A stretch of DNA of 64,000 bases from Myxococcota bacterium (lineage in GTDB: Bacteria > Myxococcota_A > UBA9160 > UBA6930): the NCBI GenBank assembly GCA_965223705.1, contig OZ245015.1, positions 1,120,001 to 1,184,000 on the forward strand. Reading direction: 5' to 3'. The translations under genes and the position numbers were made by a program. Of this stretch, positions 57,908 to 64,000 are shown piece after piece (the stretch's first letter is position 1; every line of letters starts with the position of its first letter). The notes under the pieces are model-generated. The model was given only the letters and a program-made list of their open reading frames with translations, was not told the origin of the DNA and did no database searches.

Positions 57908-59133
57908 ATGGAACCTTCGGCCGGATTCGCAACCGAGTTCATACAGTGGGCGCGCGACAACGCTTCGTTGTTGGTCGGCCTCGCGGCGGTGTTGCCCTCT
58001 GCGTTCACCGCTCTCGCGATGCTCCTCGGGCGATCACCCGAGGTTGCGCCGGAAGCGCCGGAACCGGCGCCGCTGCCCGCGCCCGAGGCACCTTCACCCG
58101 CGCCGGAACCCGTAGAGGCGGACGAAGCCGAGCCGCTAGAGGCGGAGGAAGCCGAGCCGCTAGAGGCGGAGGAAGCCGAGCCGCCGCGAGCCGCTAGAGC
58201 CGGAGGAAGCCTCCCGCGATTCCCGAGGCGGTCCCACTGCGCGAACGGCTCGCGCGGACCCGCGAAGCGCTCGTCGGTCGGATCGGCTCGTTGCTGTCGG
58301 GAAAGACACTCGATGGCGACGTTCTCGAGGAGCTCGAAGCCACCTTGTTCGGAGCCGATCTCGGCGTTCGGACCGCAGACGATCTGTTGCAAACGGTTCG
58401 ACGAGAAGCCGCGGGCGGCGACGCCGAGGCCGTGCGGAACGCGCTTCGCGCGACGCTCCTCGATCGGCTCTCGCGCGTGGAGCCTTCGACCGATCCCCTG
58501 GCGCTTCAAGGCAAGCCCCACGTCGTTCTGGTGCTCGGAGTCAACGGGTCGGGCAAGACGACGACGATCGGAAAGCTCGCCGCGCGTTACCGAAGCGCCG
58601 GCCGCAGCGTCATCCTCGGAGCGGGCGACACGTTCCGCGCGGCCGCGGCGCAGCAGCTCGAAGTTTGGGGAGAGCGCGCCGGCTGCGAGGTCGTCGTGGG
58701 GCCCGAAGGCGGTGACCCTGCGGCGGTCGCTTTCGACACGGTGAAAGCGGCGAACGCGCGCGGGATCGACGTGGCCTTGATCGACACAGCCGGCCGGCTC
58801 CAGACCAAGGCGCCGCTCATGGAAGAGCTCGGCAAGATCGCGCGCATCCTCGGTCGCGACGTCGAAGGCGCGCCGCACGAAACCCTGCTGGTGCTCGATT
58901 CGAACACCGGGCAGAACGCTCTGCAGCAGGCGGAACTGTTCACGGAAGTCACTCCGGTCACCGGCATCGTTCTCACGAAACTCGACGGCACGGCGAAGGG
59001 CGGCGTGATCGTCGGTCTGGCCGACGCGTTCGGTATCCCCGTGAAACACGTCGGGGTTGGAGAAGGCGTCGAGGATCTTCGAGACTTTCGCGCGGAAGAG
59101 TTCGTCGACGCGCTTTTCGACTCCGGGGCTTGA
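57908..59133 (+). CDS. ftsY: SRP receptor FtsY (N-terminal TM helix, acidic repeat linker, NG domain), with a frame break in the repeat at ~58178-58212
   Basis: NG motifs GVNGSGKTTT, DTFRAAA, DTAGR and TKLDGTAKGG are in ORF 58291-59133; the TM and Pro/Glu linker are in the frame starting 57908. Confidence 0.92.
58109..58211 (+). repeat. 24-bp tandem repeat (EPLEAEEA), ~4 copies with a 10-nt interruption
   Basis: gagccgctagaggcggaggaagcc at 58130 and 58154, a variant at 58188 and a degenerate copy upstream. Confidence 0.9.
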
Positions 59134-59135
59134 CC

Positions 59136-60626
59136 GTGTCGCGCTTTGTTCTCGCTCTCGACCAGGGCACCACTTCATCCCGCGCGATTCTTTTCGACCG
59201 GGACGGTCAACCCGCTGCCGTGGCGCAAGCGGAGTTCCGCCAGTACTTCCCCAAACCGGGTTGGGTCGAGCACGATCCCGAGGAGATCTACGCGACACAG
59301 GTCGACGCCGCGAAGCAGGTGCTCGCGAAGGCCGGCGTCACGACGCGCGACGTGCGCGCCATCGGGATCACGAATCAGCGCGAGACCACCGTGGTGTGGG
59401 AGCGCGCGAGCGGACGTCCGATCTATCCGGCGATCGTCTGGCAATCCCGGCAGACCGCACCGCTCTGTCAAGAGCTTCGCGATCGCGGGCTCGCCGAGGA
59501 CGTGCGAAACCGCACCGGGCTCGTGATCGACGCGTACTTCTCCGCGACGAAGATCCGCTTCATTCTCGATCGCGTGGAGGGGGCGGCGGAACGCGCACGG
59601 CGCGGAGAACTCGCTTTTGGAACGATCGACAGTTGGCTCATCTACCGGCTGACCGAAGGCGCGGTGCACGCCACCGAAGGGTCGAACGCCTCGCGCACGA
59701 TGATCTACAACATCCGCGAAAACGATTGGGACCCGGTCCTGCTCGACGCGATCGACGTCCCGCGCGAAATCCTGCCCGAGGTGCGGGACTCGAGCGGCGA
59801 TTTCGGCGAGACCGGCGTGCTGGGAGGTCCGCTGCCCATCGCCGGCGTCGCGGGGGACCAGCAAGCCGCGCTCTTCGGTCAGGGATGTTTTGCGCCCGGA
59901 AGCGCGAAGAACACCTACGGCACGGGTTGCTTCTTCCTTTCGCAAACCGGCGAGCGCGCGCCGCACTCGGAGAACGGCCTGGTCACGACCATCGCCTGGT
60001 GTTTGGAGGGTCGCGTCTCGTACGCTCTCGAAGGCAGCGTGTTTGTCGCTGGGGCTGCGATCCAGTGGTTGCGCGATGAGCTCGGGATCCTCGAGAGCGC
60101 GGCGGAGAGCGAGACCCTCGCCCGCTCCGTGCCCGACACCGGGGGCGTCGTGCTCGTACCGGCGTTCGCGGGGCTCGGTGCGCCCCATTGGGATGAGACC
60201 GCCCGGGGCCTTCTGATCGGATTGACCCGCGGGACAAGCCGAGCGCACATCGTCCGCGCGGCACTCGAGTCCCTGGCCTACCAGTCGCGTGACATGATTC
60301 GTTGCGCGGAGTCCGATTCCGGAGAATCGGTTGCGAGCCTGCGCGTGGACGGTGGCGCGTGCGAGAATGACTTCTTGATGCAGTTTCAGGCGGATATCTT
60401 GGGTGTGCCCGTCGAGCGACCGAGGAACCTCGAGGTGACTGCGTTCGGCGCCGCCGCCCTCGCCGGGCTGGCGACGGGTTTCTATTCGGACCGGAATGCA
60501 CTCACGGAGACGGCGCGGGCCGGGGCTCGGACCTTCGACCCGTCGCTTCCCGAGAGCGAGCGTTCTGCACTCGTCGAACGCTGGGGCCGGGCCGTCGAGC
60601 GTGCGCGGGGCTGGGAAACGCTGTGA
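59136..60626 (+). CDS. glpK: Glycerol kinase
   Basis: DQGTTSSR, GITNQRETT, GDQQAALFGQ, KNTYGTG and LRVDGG motifs. Confidence 0.97.
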   Translation: MSRFVLALDQGTTSSRAILFDRDGQPAAVAQAEFRQYFPKPGWVEHDPEEIYATQVDAAKQVLAKAGVTTRDVRAIGITNQRETTVVWERASGRPIYPAIVWQSRQTAPLCQELRDRGLAEDVRNRTGLVIDAYFSATKIRFILDRVEGAAERARRGELAFGTIDSWLIYRLTEGAVHATEGSNASRTMIYNIRENDWDPVLLDAIDVPREILPEVRDSSGDFGETGVLGGPLPIAGVAGDQQAALFGQGCFAPGSAKNTYGTGCFFLSQTGERAPHSENGLVTTIAWCLEGRVSYALEGSVFVAGAAIQWLRDELGILESAAESETLARSVPDTGGVVLVPAFAGLGAPHWDETARGLLIGLTRGTSRAHIVRAALESLAYQSRDMIRCAESDSGESVASLRVDGGACENDFLMQFQADILGVPVERPRNLEVTAFGAAALAGLATGFYSDRNALTETARAGARTFDPSLPESERSALVERWGRAVERARGWETL

Positions 60627-60739
60627 TCGTCATTCCCGCAAGCGGTAGGACCAGCCTGTGATCGTCATTCCCGCAAGCGGTAGGGCCAGCCTGTGATCGT
60701 CATTCCCGCAAGCGGTAGGACCAGCCTGTGATCGTCATT
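60621..60739 (+). repeat. 35-bp tandem repeat x3.4 at the glpK/glpQ junction
   Basis: ctgtgatcgtcattcccgcaagcggtagg(a/g)ccagc at 60621, 60656 and 60691; partial copy at 60726-60739. Confidence 0.97.
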
Positions 60740-61426
60740 GCGCACCGGGGTTCTTCCGCCGATTACCCGGAAAACTCCATGGCGGCGTTCGAAGCCGCGA
60801 TCGGCGATGGCGCGGACATGATCGAGACCGATCTGCACCTGACCCGAGACGGGGAGATCGTGCTGGTTCACGATCCCGAGCTCGCGGGGCACGGGGACGT
60901 CGGACAGCGGAGCCTCGCGGAACTGCGACAGCTCGACATGGGCGACGGCGAGAGCATGCCCACTCTGGGAGAAGCGCTCGATCGCTTCGGCGGCCGCATC
61001 TCGTGGAACCTGGAGATCAAGCGAGGCGTGCGTGGGCGCTATCCCGGGCTCCCGTCCGGAGCGCTCCGGGAAGTCCGCGATCGAGGCCTCCTCGATCAGA
61101 CGCTCTTCTCGTCGTTCGATCCCGAGACCCTGGCCGAGCTGCGCTCGCTCGCGGTCCGTGCGCGGATCGGCGTCCTCCAGGGGAAGCTGCCGATCGATCC
61201 GGTTTCGAAGGCGATGTCGCTACAGGCCGAGGCCGTACATCCCGAGCGGGCCCTGGTGACTCCGGAGCTCATTGAGGTCTGTCACGCGCGCAAGCTGCAG
61301 GTCTACCCCTACACCGTGGACGAGCCGGCGGACATGGAGCGTTTTCGCGCCTGGGGAGTCGACGGGCTGTTCACGAACGTCCCGGCCCAGCTGCGTGCGC
61401 TCCTCGCCGGGGCGGCGAGCGGCTAA
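60728..61426 (+). CDS. Glycerophosphodiester phosphodiesterase (cytoplasmic, UgpQ/GlpQ family)
   Basis: IAHRG, PENSMAAF, IETDLHLTRDG, HD, NLEIK, SSFD and VDGLFTN motifs. Confidence 0.93.
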   Translation: MIVIAHRGSSADYPENSMAAFEAAIGDGADMIETDLHLTRDGEIVLVHDPELAGHGDVGQRSLAELRQLDMGDGESMPTLGEALDRFGGRISWNLEIKRGVRGRYPGLPSGALREVRDRGLLDQTLFSSFDPETLAELRSLAVRARIGVLQGKLPIDPVSKAMSLQAEAVHPERALVTPELIEVCHARKLQVYPYTVDEPADMERFRAWGVDGLFTNVPAQLRALLAGAASG

Positions 61427-61446
61427 CGGCCGCAGCCTGCTTCTGC

Positions 61447-61475
61447 TTGACACGAAATTGCGGATCGTTTAGCCT
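61447..61475 (+). promoter_or_regulatory. Putative sigma70 promoter of gltB
   Basis: TTGACA-N17-TAGCCT. Confidence 0.7.
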
Positions 61476-61605
61476 CGATTTTCCGAAAACGCTAAGACTC
61501 TCGCATAGTTGCGTGTTTGTGGCGCACGGATAGGAGAGCCCTCGCGTTCGCCTCAGCCACCGCCATCGCGCCGGCTAGGCGTCTCAGACAGTTTGAGGTC
61601 ATTGC

Positions 61606-64000
61606 ATGCCGCTCCCCCAGCGACACCATCTGCCCCAAAAGCAGGGTTTATACGATCCCTGTGCCGAGCACGATGCATGCGGGGTGGGGTTCGTCGCGCA
61701 CCTCCACGGCGAAAAATCGCACACAGTCATCCGCAAGGGCGTCGAGGTTCTGCTGAACCTCGAACACCGGGGCGCGTGCGGCTGCGATCCCGAGACGGGT
61801 GACGGCGCGGGCGTGTTGATCCAGATCCCCGACGCGTTCATGCGCGAATGGGCAGCGGGCGAAGGCACGGAGCTTCCCGAAGAGGGTCGCTACGCCATGG
61901 GGATGGTCTTTCTGGATCCCGATGCCGAGATCGGCCAACGCCAACGCGAGCTCTTCGAAGAAACGGTCGCCAACGAGGGCCAGCGCGTGATCGGTTGGCG
62001 CGAGGTTCCGCACGATCCGGAAGCGATCGGTCGCGTTGCGCGCGAAGGGCTCCCCGACATTCGCCAGATCTTCATTGCGGCGGAGGGGCCCGCTGCCACG
62101 GATCGCGATCACTTTGAACGCAAGCTCTACGTGATCCGGCGCCGGATTGAACGCGCGGTCGCCGACGATTCGTTCTTCTACGTACCGAGTCTCTCGAGTC
62201 GCACGCTCGCTTACGTCGGGATGCTGATCTCGCGCCAGATCGACGCGTTCTTCCCCGATCTGCTCGATCCTCGGATGGCGTCCGCGCTGGCGATCGTCCA
62301 TTCGCGCTACAGCACCAACACGATGCCCACCTGGTCGTTGGCGCACCCGTTCCGCTACTTGGCGCACAACGGCGAGATCAACACGATGCGGGGCAATCGC
62401 AACTGGATGCAGGCCCGTGAGGGCGTGATGCAGTCGGAGCTCTTTGGCGACGATCTCGCGAAGCTCTACCCGATCATGCGCGAGGGCGCGTCGGACTCGG
62501 CGCAACTCGACAACGCACTCGAGTTCTTGGTGCTGGCCGGTCGAGATCTCTCCGAGGCCGCCCTCATGATGATTCCCGAAGCTTGGGAAAATCAGCCGGA
62601 TATGGATCCGGATCTCCGGGCTTTCTACGAGTATCACTCGTTCATGATGGAACCCTGGGACGGCCCGGCGTCGATCGCGTTCACCGACGGCCGAAAAGTC
62701 GGCGCGGTACTCGACCGCAACGGTTTGCGGCCCTCGCGCTACGTCGTGACGAAAGACGGCTTGGTCGTGATGGCCTCCGAGGTCGGCGTGGTCGATGAGC
62801 CGGCTTCGAACATCGAGACGAAAGAGCGGCTACATCCCGGCAAGATCTTTTTGGTCGATCTCGAAGAAGGTCGAATCATCGAGGACGAGGAGATCAAGCG
62901 AGGCTACGTCGCTCGCCACCCCTACCGGCGTTGGGTGGAGGAGGGGCGGGTTCGCCTGGCGGAGCTCCCGGAGGCGCACGCGCCGGAGCCGATCGGCGAA
63001 GAAGCGCGTTTTCAGTTGCAGCAGGCCTTCGGGTATACGCTCGAAGATCGAAAGTTCCTGGTCGCTCCGATGGCGGCGAAGGGCAAGTGGCCGATCGGAT
63101 CCATGGGCGAGGACGCCGCTCTCGCGTGCCTCTCCGATCGTCCGCAGATGCTCTACCGCTATTTCAAACAGCTCTTTGCGCAGGTCACGAATCCCGCGAT
63201 GGACTCGATCAACGAGCGACCGGTCATGGCGCTCTTTTCACCGCTCACCACGGGGGCGAACCTTCTCGAGGAAGGCGCCGATCACGCGCGTGCGATTCGT
63301 ATCGAACACCCGGTGTTGACGGACGGTGAGCTCGCGAAGCTCGCGGCGATCGACCGTCCGGGGTTCCGCACTGAGGTGCTTCCGTGTCTGTTCAAGGTGG
63401 CCGACGCCGGAGACGGTTTGCGCGGCGCGCTGCGAGCACTGTGCGAGACCGCTGAGGCCGCGGTCGAAAGCGGCGCGAACATCCTCATTCTCTCCGACCG
63501 CGGCGTCGACCCCGATCACGCGCCGATTCCCATGCTTCTCGCGACGGGCGCCGTCCACCATCACCTCGTTCGGAAGGCGCTCCGCACGCGCTGCAATCTC
63601 GTCGTCGAAACGGGAGAGGCGCGCGAAGTCGCGCATATGGCGCTGCTGATCGGCTATGGCGCCGCGGCGATCAATCCATATCTCGCGTTCGCGACGATCG
63701 ACGAAATTCTCGAAGAGGGCGCGTTCGTTCCGAGCGACCTCGATCGCGAAACGGCGCACCAAAACTTCGTCCAAGCCTGTGACAAGGGGCTCCTCAAAAC
63801 CTTTGCGAAGATGGGGATTTCGACGCTTCAGAGCTACCTCGGCGCGCAGATCTTCGAGGCCGTCGGGATCGCTCCCGAGGTGATCGACGCGTGTTTTACC
63901 GGGACGGCCTCACGCGTGTCGGGCGTGGGCTACGACGTCATCGCCCGCGAGTCCGCTATGCGACACGAGCGCGCCTTCGAAGCGGAAGGCGCTTACCCCG
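61606..64000 (+). CDS. gltB: Glutamate synthase large subunit (partial, runs off the window)
   Basis: ATG 61606, frame open to the end; QGLYDP..EHDACGVGF, HRGA, GDGAG, HSRYSTNT, HNGEINT, MEPWDGPA, DRNGLRP, FAQVTNP and KMGIST. Absent from the ORF track because it has no stop. Confidence 0.97.
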   Translation, partial: MPLPQRHHLPQKQGLYDPCAEHDACGVGFVAHLHGEKSHTVIRKGVEVLLNLEHRGACGCDPETGDGAGVLIQIPDAFMREWAAGEGTELPEEGRYAMGMVFLDPDAEIGQRQRELFEETVANEGQRVIGWREVPHDPEAIGRVAREGLPDIRQIFIAAEGPAATDRDHFERKLYVIRRRIERAVADDSFFYVPSLSSRTLAYVGMLISRQIDAFFPDLLDPRMASALAIVHSRYSTNTMPTWSLAHPFRYLAHNGEINTMRGNRNWMQAREGVMQSELFGDDLAKLYPIMREGASDSAQLDNALEFLVLAGRDLSEAALMMIPEAWENQPDMDPDLRAFYEYHSFMMEPWDGPASIAFTDGRKVGAVLDRNGLRPSRYVVTKDGLVVMASEVGVVDEPASNIETKERLHPGKIFLVDLEEGRIIEDEEIKRGYVARHPYRRWVEEGRVRLAELPEAHAPEPIGEEARFQLQQAFGYTLEDRKFLVAPMAAKGKWPIGSMGEDAALACLSDRPQMLYRYFKQLFAQVTNPAMDSINERPVMALFSPLTTGANLLEEGADHARAIRIEHPVLTDGELAKLAAIDRPGFRTEVLPCLFKVADAGDGLRGALRALCETAEAAVESGANILILSDRGVDPDHAPIPMLLATGAVHHHLVRKALRTRCNLVVETGEAREVAHMALLIGYGAAAINPYLAFATIDEILEEGAFVPSDLDRETAHQNFVQACDKGLLKTFAKMGISTLQSYLGAQIFEAVGIAPEVIDACFTGTASRVSGVGYDVIARESAMRHERAFEAEGAYP

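Noticed and set aside
60621..60739. Possible CRISPR array
   Set aside because: The spacers are essentially identical, the repeat is only 14 bp and is the gene junction itself, and there are no cas genes in the window.
61476..61605. Glutamine riboswitch in the gltB leader
   Set aside because: I could not match the conserved glnA or downstream-peptide motif elements by eye; an Infernal search would settle it.
61648..62637. 329-aa minus-strand ORF and other short ORFs in 61500-63900
   Set aside because: They are shadows of gltB, which is open on the plus strand from 61606 to the window end.
1..64000. Mobile elements, prophage, defence systems, tRNA or rRNA
   Set aside because: I saw no transposase, integrase, defence nuclease or structural-RNA signatures; composition is uniform and intergenic gaps are short.

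Overview
This is a 64-kb, very GC-rich, densely coding core-genome segment of a Gram-negative bacterium. Gene content and order look like Myxococcota or another deltaproteobacterial lineage; that placement is inference. Almost everything is housekeeping. In order: rpmF-fabD-acpP-fabF, an RpiB-GlyA fusion, nrdR-ribD-ribH-nusB, lptE-holA, rpsT, phoH-ybeY-lnt-prfB-lysS and lolC/E-lolD-bamA-skp. Next comes a long lipid A/LPS cluster (lpxA, lpxI, gnnA-like, lpxB, waaA, lpxK, Kdo-kinase-like, lptF, glycosyltransferases, heptose kinase, msbA) that also contains yicC-remA-gmk-rel. The window ends with purM, a heterodimeric ABC exporter, smc, ftsY, glpK-glpQ and the 5' part of gltB. I found no rRNA, tRNA, CRISPR array, transposase, integrase or defence island. 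Best leads: (1) a 547-aa protein joining a zinc ribbon, a pseudo-receiver domain, a DPF/NPF-repeat linker and a C-terminal RomX-like domain, preceded by a sigma28-like promoter that recurs before a TPR/DUF4388 pair; (2) four short tandem duplications that all contain CCGC-N2-7-GCGG, two of which copy gene ends or junctions; (3) LolC/E and BamA with large N-terminal extensions; (4) the RpiB-SHMT fusion; (5) probable CTG starts and leaderless promoters; (6) conserved operons that lack their usual members. ribD and ftsY are frameshifted, possibly by assembly error. All family assignments come from motifs recognised by eye; no searches were run.
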